Shown here: piece after piece, positions 13,790-27,537 of the stretch
Layout: each line of letters opens with the position of its first letter
How positions within the stretch are numbered: the first letter of the stretch is position 1
Assembly: GCA_013265495.1 (NCBI GenBank)
Contig: MU058221.1
Location: 3,162,001 to 3,226,000 of the forward strand
Origin: Vicugna vicugna
Taxonomy: Eukaryota
Direction: 5' to 3'
DNA: 64,000 bases
Translations under genes and position numbers: made by a program
Notes under the pieces: generated by a model
What the model was told of the DNA's origin: nothing
What the model saw: only the letters and a program-made list of their open reading frames with translations
The model's database searches: none

Positions 13790-15045
13790 GATTCCAGCTC
13801 CATCTCCTGGAGGGGACAGTATTTCCTTGTATTATTTTTAATTCTTTGGTAAGGAGGATTTGTCCCTTCTCCCCCATTTATTTACTTGTTCGATCATTAA
13901 TTTCTCATGCATATTTGGACCCATGCATGCCTGTTTTATACATTGGTTTTCAATTCAGTACCACACCGTGTGTTTTATTGCTAAAATTGCTCCAACTTTG
14001 ACCATAAGCCGCTCTTTGAATTTGGCTTCTATGATCTCTGGACGTGCCTGCCTCCTTAGCTTTTTGAGTACTTCTCTGCTTTCCGGAACTGAAAGGTGCT
14101 CCTGGCGCATTTGGTACATTACTGGACCTGGCCCTACAGTCAGCCCTTTTCACTGAATAATGACACTTAGGAACCAAAAGCTAGGTGCCGGGTGTGCTCT
14201 CAGCTAATGGATTGTTACTGCTTCTGGAATCTCTTAGCAAAGTATCCAAGAAACAGATGCATGGATACTACTGACATATGCACACACACCTATCTATCAT
14301 TACTTTTGTATCTATCTGTCTGTACCTAGATTAAACCAAAGCTAAGTTCATACCGATGTCTCAAACTGAAATTCAGCACCATATCATTCATTCTAGTCTT
14401 TCTCTTTTGCTTTACTATATTTTTCCCTGTCCAACAGTGAGAGACTTGGCCCCACAACCTACTATCCACTTACATACCTGTTTATCCCAAAGAGGCTTAC
14501 AAAGCAGAGTCAGAACTGTTACACCGTATCTCAGTATAGAGCACGATTTCCAACCAGCGTACAGTGTTTCTACATGGTTACATTTCTCTTTAGCTTTACA
14601 GTTTTCAGTCTAAATGCTCTTTCTCAGTGTTAATTAGATCAACTTCTTTTTATCTCTACTCCCTGCAGTCAGGTTATGTCATGAATTATTTACTCAGTTA
14701 GATTCATCTATCCCAGTCTGCATTACATTCTGGGGTGCCAGGTACTTGATACATTTTTTATTTGCATACACTGCAACTCATCCTCTGTGATGGGCAATTC
14801 TGTGGGCTTAGATAAAGCCATAAAGCCATGTGCCCAGCAGTCTAGTACCGTTCAGAACAGTTCCAGTATCTTAAAAATTCTCCTGCAGATCCTTTCATTG
14901 TCAGCCATCATTTCCTCCAAAACTGGCAGACATTATTTTCCATTCCTCAATTTTGCCTTTTTCGACCATGATAGGACTGGAATAACATAATATGTGGTCT
15001 TTTGAGTCTGGCTTCTTGTGCTCAGCAAAATACATTTCATCCATG
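13790..15045 (-). mobile_element. L1MC-like 3' UTR
   Basis: Motifs such as gatttgtcccttctcccccatttattt, ttgctccaactttgaccat, gaaccaaaagctaggtgccgggtgtgctc and gtggtcttttgagtctggcttctt; homologous to 62.3-63.3 kb. Confidence 0.75.
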
Positions 15046-17719
15046 AATTCCAAAATGGGATCAGAAAATATTCAAATGAGTCTGGGATATCTTTTTTCAC
15101 AAAGAAATAATGCTTTTTTAAATGCCTGGAATAGCGTTTGAAAAATACTTTTAAGAGTTTACTCTGAAGGAAAGACCAAGAAGTGAAATTTGAGACTCAG
15201 GGGTGAGTCTCTCCTGTTGGCAGTGTCAGCACCTGTGTGTCTCTGAGATAGCTTGAAAATTTGAAATAAAATAAATATTCATCATTAATTGAAAAAATTA
15301 AGTTTAGAAGAAAGCATTAGGTCATGATGGTCTTTAGAATGAATGAATAATATAGAATATACTGGACAAAAGTCATCCTGACCAATAGAAGTCAAACAAG
15401 TCACGTTAGCTCCTTGCCAAAAAGTGAGTTCATTGAATTTAGGTGAAATACCTCAGTTAGTTTAATTCGTGTATCTCATGTCTCCAGTAAATTGTTCAAA
15501 TAAACCTAGCTAAGGGAATTAGCTATTGAATGGAATCCAACCAGCTCAGGCCTGCTGGGCACGGCTGCACAGGGAATGCTGCTTTTTGAGTCATCTGGTC
15601 TTAAAATACATGTTGGGAGCGTTTCATAGAGTCAGTTGTTCCTAATGAGCCCAAAACCCAACAGTCACAGCCTCAGGAGTGACTGTATTGGGAGGACGCT
15701 TAACTTAGGGACAAAGTAAACGAAGCACTTTGAGCAAATGTCAGAAAGGTTGGCCCTGGGGCGGGTCCACCCCTGCTGGGAGGGTCAGCGCCTGTGTGTC
15801 TCTGAGATGAGCTTCCACGTTCTGAGGGAGGCTTCTAGACTTATGCTGTGTAGTGTCTCCCTTTGCAAACTCATCCCCACGAGTCTCCACATCTTCTACT
15901 AGTAAAGTAACCTTACATCATCTTCAAATTTTTACCTTGTATTTTTCTTTCTTCTTCTTTTTTTTTTAACTCTTTGCATTAATCCTACCAGAGATCCTTT
16001 TTGGTTCCCACTCAAACATCATTTTCAAGAAAAAATAAAATAAGATAAATATAAAGACAAGCAAACAAATAAAGTCCCCACGAGACATCAAGGACATCGA
16101 AAAAGAATAAGAGGTAAATTGATAATCTAATGTAATAGCTGATGTTTAAAAAAATCCAAAACAGTGGTCAGCCACAAAGCAGCTTTATTACTAGCAAAGT
16201 TATCTGTTAGTAGTAATGTTAGTCTCATTTCAGTGTAATTTTTTATAGATATTCTCTTTTCAAGAGATTGTGGAGAAATACACACTTGTGTACAGTGGTG
16301 ATAAGAAAATTAATTGGCTAAATCTTTTTGATAGCAATTTGTCAATGTTTGTCAGTATTTTAATTCTACAGTTTCACTTATTAAAATTTATCTTAAAGGT
16401 ATATATGTATCTATATATGTAAAGATAGAGGATTTATATAAACTAGAAACAACTGAAAATTACAATCAGAAAATGCCTATTTAAATATGATACATTGTCA
16501 CAATAAAATTCAATTCATTGTCTTTTACTGTTAGCATATATCATAATTAATTAATAATTCATTTCCCTGAATCCTTTTTAACCAAGTAAAGTTAACTGAC
16601 AAACAGTATATGATTTAGATATTATGGCACAACATTTTTATTGATGCATAGAGAGAATCTGGATGCATTGAACTTTAACAACTATAGAAGGTGGAACTGG
16701 AGAGGCTGCAGAGTGAAATTTTATTTTTCCTTTTAGGAAGGATCAGAAATGTACTTAAGGAAAATTAGTGTGGGACATATTTATAAGACCTGTTGGAAAA
16801 TGAGAGACTGCAGCTGATGAAGATACTTGTGGAAGGCTGCTATACAAGGAAGGGAGAAAACATAAAACTTACACAATTTTAATTAACTTTTGGAACATCT
16901 TCAGTCACCTACTTTCAAATTAAAAGTTTTTCTTATATGATTTTATTTCAGTGCCCACATTTCATTTATTTTGACACACTATTTGAAGTTCCTCCAAAAG
17001 AATGAGTAAGAAAATAAATTGGTTTTTAAAATGCCTAGATCTTCAATTGTATTTGGGCTTTTAGGAACCAAAAATAGTAGTTTGGCTCTTAACGTCTCTC
17101 ATTAGCTACAGAGCTTAGCAAAAGAATATGAAGTAAATTTACACTGGCCGCCATGTACTTCCCTCTGTTTTTGCCTCCCTTTGGCATTCTGACCTGATGC
17201 TTACTTGCCCCTTTATCTCTCCCATCCTCTAGCTAATTTCATTTTGGTCATTTTCAGCATTTTTTAAAAGGTACAACTCTTGCCGCTTTCTAGAAAACCG
17301 TCAGCCCTCTGACTCCTGGACGTGGTGTAGAACCAAGCATGTTCTTTTCATTTGTAAGTGTCAGTAATAGTCGTGTCCAGACTGGTACCAGGGGAATCAT
17401 AAACACAAAACACTGCAAATTTTCTCCCCAGATGGAAACTAGCAACTAGCCCAGCCATATTCCAAAGTTAGTTAGCTATTTCTCAAGTCAAGTGATCACT
17501 ATTTTTTTTTGACTCATTCACTTAACTAGAACGAAAACAAACAAAACTTAATACTCCTCCCAAAGAATATTAATAATTACATTAGTTTGGGATGATCAGA
17601 AATAAGATGTTTAGAAAATTTTATTAAGCCATTAAAATAAGGCAATTTGTGGCAGTGTTGGGGGGGGTGGAGGGGAAAAAAAAAACCTGGTTCTCATTCA
17701 AATGTCAATTCTACGACTC

Positions 17720-18720
17720 CAGCTTTGCCCTCAGGTGTTGGGACAAAAAAGACTGAAGAGCCCTTGGAGAGTTTTGAATGGGAGTGTGGGGAAGAGGAAC
17801 TGTTAAAGTGTAAATTTTAGGAAGATCACTGGAGGCTAAGATGAAGGAATGGTCCAAACAAAGAGCCAGAAAAGAACAATTAGAAGAGTTTTTACTGATT
17901 TGATTGAAAAGTAGTCACTGTCTCAACCAAGCAGCGACAGAGGGAAGGGTTAAACTGGGATGTTTGGGGGAAATACTAGAGAAGTAGAATTCACCAGATT
18001 TAGTAAATAATTGAAGATGTCATATGAGTGACAGTGAAAAAAGTTATGCCCCATGTTAGGTATCCTAGACTGGCTCTGTAACTCAGCAGGCACTGGTGTC
18101 TTTCATTGCACTGCGGAACAGGAGAGGAAGGTATGTTTAGGGTCAAGATGATGGGTTGGATACGATGTGTTTAAGGTGCCTGGAAGTGATCCCTACAGTG
18201 CCTAAACTGCAATTTAAAACATGACTATAATTCAATTGTTTAAGTGTAAATAAATAAGTAAATAAAATGCAATTAAATACTAGCAGGGAGAATTCTGCCA
18301 CTGTGTATAGATTTAGAAGAAATTGCTATTTGGGTTCTATCAAAACAGTGCTGTATATGAAGACATTTAGAAATTGCGTGCACAGGTGGGAGATGAAACA
18401 CTCTCAGAGAAGAATTAGCAAGATTCTACCTAATAAAACTGCAAAAGAAAAAAAATAAAGGAAGAAGAAGAATCAGCAAGACACAAAGAAATAGTTATAA
18501 AGGTAAGACGAGGACCAACAGAGTACAAACCGTAAAAGCGGAGCGAGCTGGCCACATCAGATGTGACCATTATCAGAAATCTGTGTTAGGGATGCTGCAA
18601 AAGATGGGGTGATTGAAAAGGAAGAGACCAAGTGATTGTGAGCAGTTTGTTAAACAGAGAAAGAGAATCAGTTTGAAGAGGAAAGGAGGGGGAAAATGTG
18701 TTGACTCCTAGTTTGGGGGT
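17720..18720 (-). mobile_element. L2 LINE fragments
   Basis: Degenerate L2 purine-rich strand (ttggagagttttgaatggg…aaattttaggaagatcactggagg…tgtgtttaaggtgcctggaag…). Confidence 0.55.
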
Positions 18721-19999
18721 TTCATGACCAGATCGTGAGTCATGAGACAGGAGATGAGTGAAAAGGTCCATGTGGGTAACGCAGTGTGTAAAACACAGTA
18801 GTTAATAAATATGCACTAGTAGAAAGAGAGGGTGGCTTTCGAGCTGTACCTCAGAGATGTGCTGGTCTCGAGGAGGGAAGAGGCACTGCGGAGAGCAATT
18901 TTCAGAGAGACAGGGAAGCAGAGATGAGACCACTGGGTCTGAAAGGCAGTGGCACACCTGCCTTGCACACTGCCTCGGGGAGCAGGGGATAATTTGCACT
19001 CAAAGGTCAAGGGAAACAAGACTGCAGAAAACGTTAAAAACTACATGATGGAGATTAGATAAGATGCTGCTAGAAATTAGAATTCTGATGATTAAATAGC
19101 GTTTCATTCCATTTTCTGAAAATACTGGTTTAAGAGGTGAAATTACTCAAAAATCTCATATTACACTGAAATGTTTACCAGTCCTTTTACTACAAGCATA
19201 TGTTAAAAGTGTTTTCTCTATTCGCTTAACTGAGTTTTTAATGGACTAAATTGTTCAGCACATCACTATTACGCTTTGGGGCTTTCTAGTCATCATGTAA
19301 TTGCTATGCACTCTCTTCAAGCTGTATATTAACATAAAAATGCAACTATCATTTTCATGGATATTGCATGCCAAAGCCAAAAATTTGGTTTGGCAACAGG
19401 AAAAAAAATACATATGACAAAAATGCTTTGGAGCTGTGTATGCACAGTCCACAGCATTTGATAGTTATTTGCCTTTCTAAATAGAAGACCCCAGTTTAAT
19501 CCTGAATATTTAGCAACGGTTTAAAACATCTGGTACCTAAAACATTTAAGCCTAAGATTTAGAGTAGATACATTGACACGATATACTGAGCTACAGTATC
19601 AGTTTTAGTACTTTGGACGCTTTTACAGACGCCCATGGTACTGCATTTCCAGGACTAGAAACAGACAGGTGTCCAATAGGGTGTCTCCTGGACCTTCTAA
19701 GACGCCACCACTAGCCCCTTTCTCGGCTTTAATAGGCTCCTAATATCCCGTTCTGTTTCATCCCAGCGCACATGTAGTCAGCTTGGTCTCTTCTCTTTTG
19801 GTTCACAGCATCAAGTCTTCAGCCCCCTTTCTGTCTCTGAGTAGCAGAGTTAAGGGTAAACTTAGTTACACTCTTCTTAATCCCCCAGGACAAATACATT
19901 GATAGTTTCTACATTGACAACTTTAAATCTAAGCCCCTTGGGGAAAGTCAGGGCAGCGGGGAGTGAACCAGTTTTAGATAATAAGAAATAATTGCTGTA

Positions 20000-20200
20000 G
20001 AATTTTTGTGTGCCAGTCCTTTTACCCGCTTATGCAAGCTTCACCACCATGCTGTGGGGCACATCCTTTTAAAATTCTAATTTTGCCACTGAGGAAAGCA
20101 AGTTTTGGGCACGTCACTTGCTCAGAGCTACAGAGAAATAGTGGAACTGAGATTAAAACCTAAGATATCTGATTTCAGAGCCCCAAATCTTAACTGCAGC
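20000..20200 (-). mobile_element. MIR SINE
   Basis: attttgccactgaggaaagcaagttttggg…cacttgctcagagctacag…gaactgagattaaaacctaag…ctgatttcagagcccc. Confidence 0.6.
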
Positions 20201-22804
20201 ATTGTAATGCATCGGTAAATAATTAAACATTTAAAAAATCTTACCTAGCTCTTAGAGAAATGCTTTCTAACTTCCTCTGAGATGGTAACAATAAATCCAT
20301 TGCATGAACTACACCATCCCTCTGATTATTTCCTCAGATTATATAAAATCCCAAAGATGAAAATGAAGTTAAAAATAGATTTACTCTGAGCCTTGAAGAT
20401 TTCAAAGTGTAATAACTTCTTCCTAGTTTCTCTAATCTTTCTACTTTCAGGGTAAAGACGTCCATATCTTTGCCTCCAAAAGTGTGGAAGCAGTCTCCTC
20501 CTCATTCCACTACACCAAGAACAGACAGGAAAATTGGGAAGATACCGTTAGATATTGACACTAAATATTTTTTCAATCCCCAAATAGCAGATGAAAAATA
20601 TTGTCACTTCATTGTTATTTGTGGATCACAAATTTGCTTGTCCCTTGAAATTAAGATATCTTAAAGGCAGAGAATTGATAGTAACTGTTTTTCCAATAAT
20701 TGAGAAAGATTCCCTGAAATCAACTTTACAACACGTACAAGTCAGTTCCCTTTCTAACCAAATAGGGTTTGTTTAAAAATTAATTATCCTGATTTCAGTA
20801 AGTCACTAGAGATATCCCCTTGGGCTCTTTGTAATAGATGTCCATACCAATAGTCTTTGTAACTAAATGAATTATTCATAACTACTGTATCGGTCAGGAA
20901 AGCTAGGTTATGATGTAGTAATAAAACATTCAAACTTCTTGTGCATGATTTATCTTCAGGGATGCATTCATTTTAGGTGGGGATGGAGGAAGAAGAAACC
21001 TAATGGTTGTGGGTGGAGGAAAGTAAACTGTAAAATAAATAATCAAAATGGGCAGAAACCATAGAAACCCAGAAATAAAAATCATTGGAGCAGAAATTAG
21101 AACATATTTGCTTGCATTTAAAATTTCAACTTGGGGGAATTTTGGTTCCTGGGAGTTTTGGGAAGGGGATACAAGAAAAGCAAAAATAGTCAAGAGGTTT
21201 GACCGCCTTTTAAAGAAGTTTAGCCGTCAATGAAATGAAAGGGATGAACAGAAAATTCAAAATAAATAGAAAACTGTCATACACTCAGGGACCCGGGAGT
21301 GAGCCAGTGTAGGGAGGGAGGCTGACAAGGGGGAAGGCTACGGAGGTAACTGTAGCACGATACACTGCACCTGACATGGAAGGGCGCCGCCGAGAAATGG
21401 AGGTCAGCGTAGTTAGAGGTCCCAGCTGGAGGGTAAATTGTGTAGCACCACTGAAATGGACTCTGAGAAACAAGCGGTCAGTGTGGGACTGGAAAGGGAT
21501 GATGGTGAATGCCTTCGTAGAAGAGGAAGAAGCTTAAAGGAAATTTAAAGAAGGTAATATTTTGAAATAATTAATTGAAGAGAGAAAAGACACCAGAGGC
21601 AGGGTGCACAGCATGAACGAAGGCTGGGAGCCATGGTGGAACAGGCTGTGCACAGATAAGGATGAAAGTAACTTTATTTCATTTTTCTAATCTGAAAATC
21701 AAAGTGTTATATTCTCACATTTTTAACTCTACAGTAGAATTTTTTTTTGTATTTTGTACCCCCAGTATCTCACATTTCTTCTTAGCAAGTTGATTCTCAT
21801 ATCCAGACTCCTATAGTCTGATGGCATCCAAAAAAAAGTCAAAACATACGTATGCAAAATCGGTCATCTACCTGATTCCAAACACAGGTAATAGACATTT
21901 TATACATTTATTTTCCTTTTTTTGATAATTGTGTTCTCATGTAGGTGTGTGTCCAAACCTAGAGAAACAACAAATATGGATAATTTTAGGCAGACTTTCA
22001 TATTCTTTGATGAGAACCGCCTCCAAGACTAACCCTGGTTAGTGAACCACTGACAGCTACAGAGTAGACAGAGAGGCAAGTTTCCATCTATTTGGAGAAA
22101 GAACAGAGGATTCTAATAAGCAGGCTCTCATTTTAATGTGATAAATAATATATTACTAGAATACAAGTTGTATTAAAGTATGTGTGTATTTACACATTAG
22201 TGTTTAAAAAACCTAGAAGACCGCTGCAGGTGAGGAACCCTTCTTAATGAGACGTCCCAGTCTACTGTACAGACAGCTTAGGAGCAACTAAAGAGTTTTG
22301 CTTTTTCCTAGACTATTTATTCGTCAGTGGACCGATGCGGAATCAGACCAAATAGCCTGATCTGCTTGGTTCTACATTAACCCTAAACTGAAGTACTGGA
22401 TCTTGCCTTTTTCATGAGGATAGACATAAGAGCCCGTGGAACCACCTGAGAAGAACATGTAACAGCTGCCTTGCCCTTGGGCAGAAATGCCCTCTGTCCT
22501 GTTCAGGCTTCCTCAGTCCTCTCATTCTTTTCTTTCTTTCTTTTATTTTTTAATTGGGGCAAGGCGGAGTGAAGTTCAAGGTCTTTCTCGAGATGTGTTG
22601 TACTTCAACTAGTGTCTGCTGATTCAGACTCCTGTGTGTAAGCTTTAGGTTGACAGACTGATTTTCCACTGCTCGTGTATCATATTTCTTCTCTGCGTCT
22701 TTGCGTGTCTGGTAATTTCCGATTTGATGTCAGTCATTGTTAATTTTGCTTTTTTTTAGCTGCTGGATATTGTTATATTCTGATAAATATTTTTTCTTTA
22801 TATC

Positions 22805-23213
22805 TACCTTTATTTTTCAGCTTTTTAAAATTTCTTTTTACTTGAGGTAACATTGGTTTATAACATTATGTAAAACTCATGTGTAAAAAAATTATATTTC
22901 CACTTCTGTATACACTACAGTACACTCACCACCAAAAATCTGGCTTCCGTCCATCACCATACAGCTGATCCTCTTTACCCATTTTGCTCTCCCTGCCCCT
23001 TCCCCTCTGGTAACCACTGCTCTCTTCTATCTGCACATTTGTTTTTGTTTGGTATGTTTGTTTATATATTTTGTGTTTTTTTAAATTTTTCATAGATAAG
23101 TAAGATCAATATTAATTCTTCCAGTCCAGAAGTACAACGTATCTTTCTGTTTATGTCTTCTTCAGTTTCTTTCAACAGTGTCTGACAGTTCTCAGTGTAC
23201 AAGTCTTTCACAG
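22805..23213 (-). mobile_element. L1 3' end joined to an internal ORF2 segment, inserted into an older L1M remnant (about 22570-23580)
   Basis: T-rich tail followed by gaggtaacattggtttataacattatg…ccctctggtaaccact, then an abrupt switch at about 23108 to the ORF2-antisense text caatattaattcttccagtcca…gtgtacaagtctttcac. Confidence 0.65.
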
Positions 23214-23829
23214 TATTAAAGGAGAATCTTGTACAGCTCTCTCTCGTTATCCCTCTGCAGATCTCCAGAATTCTCTTTCAGTGTTACTCTTTCCTTCCTC
23301 TGGCACTGCTCATCGAAGTCTGTCTGACTGGGTCTACCTGGATTCGCAGCTCCACGGCCATCATTACTGGGTTCCATATTCTTGACCTGCATCTGAAAAC
23401 TCTCTAAAAGCAGTGGACTTGGACAATCTTAGGGCTCTTCTTATTTGTTTCCTGTATCTCCGGGAACACTGCCCTTTTGTTTCCTGATATCTCTTGTTTT
23501 GAAGATTGTTGTTTCATATATGTTTTCTCGTCTGTTTTTTTGTTTCATGCAGTAGTCCCATTGCCCCATCTTGGCTAAAAGCCTCCTTTATCTTTTAAAA
23601 GTGAAAATAATTTCTGCCATCCTCTCTGGGATGGGATGTTGTGTCTGACTGTGATTGGCGATGACGAGAGGCAGTTACAGAGGCGTCCCCTTCTCGAATA
23701 GCTCTCATACAGGCCATGCGGCTAATTTCTCAGTTCTGCCAATGCTTTTATGTGTTCATTTCATATAGACCTTTGGGGACATGGGAAATAATTTCTAGCT
23801 GGGTCTGCAGAAACAGCAAACACACTGAG

Positions 23830-24130
23830 ACCCCAGCACTTGCCAAAATGTCATTTATCATCTGGCCTCCCATGTGCCTCTAATAGTGACATGTCTCTTT
23901 TGGTCCCTGGATAGAAATATCAGTTTGAGTTCTGTGTCCCGAAATTCTCAGAATTTGTGTATTCCCTTTGTCCAGTAAGCAGTTACCTGAGTAAATGGCC
24001 ATGGGTCTATGTGGGGAAGGACCGTGGGAATCATTACTTTGTACATTAACTGCAGCATTGTAATGTCTTTCCCCCAGTGCTTCCAAGAGCCATTGGGTTA
24101 TGGATCTGGAAAACTGGACTTAATCTGGAA
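23830..24130 (-). mobile_element. ERVL-class internal (protease region) remnant
   Basis: Minus-strand translation across frames gives …PFTQVT…KGNTQ…GPKE…, resembling the ERV-L region PFTRVTVHWGKGN-QTFRGLLDTGSELTLIPGDPK (from recall); frameshifted. Confidence 0.55.
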
Positions 24131-24231
24131 AATAAATTCAAATGTATGACTTGTTTGGCAATGACTTCCCTCAACTTATTCATGAACTATCTTTGATTTA
24201 TTTTTATGATTCTGTTTTCCTTATACCTGCA

Positions 24232-24457
24232 GCAAGGTTTCTCAAACTCAGACCTATGGGCATTTCATGTGGTCTGGGTAATTCTTTCTTACAGGATGCT
24301 GTCCTTTGCATTGTGGGGCGTTCGTTCAGTGGTATCCCAGCCTCTACCACCTAGACACCACTGACACAGTTCTTCCAGTTTTTACAAACAAAGATATCCT
24401 TAGACAGTGTCAAATGTCCCCTGGGCTGCAAAATTCCTCCCAGTTGAAGATCACTTC
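24232..24457 (+). mobile_element. MER20 hAT DNA transposon (non-autonomous)
   Basis: caaggtttctcaaactcag…gctgtcctttgcattgtggggcgttc…atcccagcctctaccacctagacacca…acaaacaaagatatccttagacagtgtcaaatgtcccctggg…cccagttgaagatcact. Confidence 0.85.
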
Positions 24458-24879
24458 CCTAGGGACTTCAAGTGTTTTTAAGCATCTTCACAGGTCTCTC
24501 AGACCCTCCTTAGACTGTATCAGGCATCCTCCAGCTTCCTTTCAGACAATCTTACTTATTATGATGATTAACACTTCCTGGTCGTCACCTGTGTCCTATT
24601 TTTTCACAGTCTTATTATCCCAGTTGCCATGCACAAGCCCACTGCTGCAACAGTGTCTCTTCCTGCCCGTGCTGGTCTGTAGAAGACACCCACGGAGCTG
24701 TGTAACAGTCCTTGTGCCCCCATCAACAGCACATCTCATCATTTGGATAAACCACAGACCCTCTCATCCTCCCTGAGTTTTCCAGTCTTGTGTTCTTTGC
24801 ATTTCTTCATCACTTAGCATGAGTCATCACTTTCCCCAAGCTTCCAAAAAAAAAAAAAAAATCTTAGAAGTATGTCAGC

Positions 24880-25864
24880 ACCATTTCCAAATACCTTGCC
24901 AAGATGGTAAATCCTATGTTATGGAAGGGTGGCCGCCATATCTATAAATTCTTCTTTTTTTCCGACTTTATGTTCTCCCTAATCCCAGCATCCCCAGAAG
25001 CTAATCCTATAAGACTCTCCTAACTTCCTATATTGGCTGAGCCCAGCATCAAATTCAGGATGTAGTTGCCTTCCCTCTTTAGTAAGCCCTGCAATTCCTC
25101 CACTTGGTTATTTTGTAACCTAATCTTATTTATTGATCTCATGAACTGAAGGGTGCCTGTTTTCTTGGAAGGTAGTGACCCCTACGTTTAATTTAAGAAA
25201 GGGAGGTGCTCTGACATTTAACAGGGAGTAGTGGGCCTCTTGCATAAACCCTGAGTCTTCAGGAGTATTTGAGTATTTAATATTATGGAGTGCATTTACC
25301 CAGATAACCCTATCACATACTTCTGGGCCTCACTGCTTCCTAATTAGGAACCTGATCTTAGTGAGGCAGACATTCCAGGTTTGAGAATTCAGCCTCCTCT
25401 ATAGCTTTGCTATTATTATGCTGAAGTTCTTGGCTTGACCCCAAGCTTTTTTTTCCTTCCTGTTTTCCAGCTGTTGGAAAAGATAATTTCAGTTTTGCCA
25501 CCGAAGAAGCCCTCTAGCTTTCATTGTGAGCTTTCAGATGGTAATTGATCACCTTCTGCCTTTTATTTTCTTTCTCCGATGAATCGATAGTCCCTAGTAA
25601 GAACCATTCAATTCCACTATCCTACCCCATTTAATACTTTAAAGGGATTTCTTAAACACCTGAGATGTGCCCTCCTGATGTTCATGGCCCTTCTGGGTTT
25701 ACCCGGGCGGAGGTTCCAACAAGTGCGCTGAAATTACATGCGAGGCACTCACCGTGTCCTACATTCTGACAGTGATGGAGTTCTCTTCGCCTGCTGGCTG
25801 GTGGCCGATCCTGCTCCAAATTTCCATTTTCAAGTCCTCTTCCTCAGGCCTTCTTGGCACCAAC
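24880..25864 (-). mobile_element. ERVL-class internal 5' region (ERV3-16A3-int-like)
   Basis: Abuts the LTR16-like LTR, with a primer-binding-site-like TTGGTGCCAAGA on the minus strand at about 25852-25863. Confidence 0.55.
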
Positions 25865-26290
25865 TATCTTAGGTCAGGTTTCCCGGGAAGGATTTCGAAG
25901 TTCAGATTTGTGGACAAAGGTGACCGAGGAGTACTCTGGGATTAACTACAGTAGGAGAGTGAAGGGAGTGGGTAGATCAGGGCAGAGGGAGACGTGGCCA
26001 CCACAAAGCCTTCAGCTGGTTCCATGGAGAATTCTGGAGTGGGATTAACCTTTGCAGATGTGCTTACTTAAAGCAAAGAAGCTAAGCCTTTATCCCCTGC
26101 ATTGACCCATCACTGGGAGTAGGATGACCTTTATCAAGGGGGCATAACCTTGGGCTCTTCTGAAAAGTGTAACTTCCAGGAGAGACTCAGCTGACATTCT
26201 GTAATGCCACCAGCTCCAGAAATGGGGAGAATGGGAATCTCAGTCCCAACATGAGGCGAGGTGGCCTCTCTGTGGTACCCGACAGCATCC
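25865..26290 (-). mobile_element. LTR16-like ERVL LTR
   Basis: tatcttaggtcaggtttcccgggaag…gagtactctgggattaac…cagggcagagggaga…attctggagtgggat…ggggcataaccttggg. Confidence 0.7.
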
Positions 26291-26953
26291 GGTGTGCTCC
26301 GTAAACCACCTGTTCCCCAGGCTTCAGTGAACTAGATGAAAGAGACATTTTTGGCAGGGGGTGGGTAGTTTCTTGGCATCTAGACTGAAGCCAATATATA
26401 TATTTTTTTAATGTCTCAGACTCAGTTCTGCCTAAAGACAGTTTCCAGACGTGACCAACTCAGGAACAGTGCTAGCGAGATCACTGGCTGCCGGCTCACC
26501 TCCCCCTGCCCCCTGCATTAATTTTGTTGTTTACCACGTTCGAGTGCAATTAATCTGTGATGAGCCTTTCAGCGGCTGCTATAAATAGTGACTTCCCTAA
26601 GTAGCAACTCAGAAACTTTTCACTTTGAAGTGACCCAAAAGACAGTAATAGGAGCTTGAGAAATATGTTCTGTATTGGTATGTCCCTGAGCATTTGCTGC
26701 CATAAATAATATATGATCAGTCTCCCACGTTGACTGTAAATTATTAAGCGGTCTGTGATACTTCTGAATTTACATTTAAATTTAAATTTAGTTGCAATAA
26801 ACTCAGCACACGTGCACGCCCCTGTGCGTGCGTACACACACACCTACACTCCCGGGTAACAGGTAATCTCTGCAGCAGGAAGCAATCTACTAGTAGCAGG
26901 TGGATTACGATGTTTTTAAGCGTTCTATTCAATTGTACTGAGATAAACATTTT

Positions 26954-27537
26954 AAAATTTTTTTCAAGGAATATTTAATAACAAGGTAGATAACATGTGC
27001 TTACCTAACATGAAATTTTGTATCACTGAAGCTAAAGCAACACATTCTGTTCTTTGGATAAATACGGCCTGCCGTATTGGGTGCACGCTGCAGGGCAATT
27101 AAAAAACATGGGAATTATAATTTCAGAACTTCAGAATTTGAATAGACGCCAAACCCCTTTCAAAATCATTTGAAGTTTGGACAAAAATCCCATCGCTGTA
27201 TTCTTAAGATCACTCTGTAGCCTTCATGACTCAGATGATACAAAGGAAGCTTCTGTTCAACCTTTTGGAGAAGACATTCCGGCTCTCATGATCTCATCAG
27301 CCGGGAGTGCGTTGGTGGCAGTGACAGTGCGGGAGCGAAGCAGCTGTTTCTTTGCACATCAGCTACCCCACGTGCCTACTTCTGCCGCCACCATTGGCTC
27401 CCCTGTGGTCAAGTCCACACCCACAAGTTGACCTGACTCTGAACGTTCTGCTTGAACTTTAACGCGTGCTTCCTGAAGGTCAAAACCAGAGTTCTGAGCG
27501 AGAACCTTGGGAATCACGAGCAATGCTTCCGCGAAGG
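26954..27537 (-). pseudogene. CCT6A: CCT6A (TCP-1 zeta) processed pseudogene, 3' arm: C-terminal coding part, 3' UTR and poly(A) remnant
   Basis: Minus-strand translation [91 protein letters not shown] matches the CCT6A C-terminus ([17 protein letters not shown] and AAEVG favour 6A over 6B). It is intronless, with a premature TGA at 27359-27361 and the native stop at 27257-27259. ATTAAA (minus, 26974-26979) precedes an A-tract at 26958-26964. Confidence 0.93.

Noticed and set aside
24306..24776. 156-aa ORF
   Set aside because: It has a non-ATG start, overlaps MER20 and shows no recognisable protein similarity.
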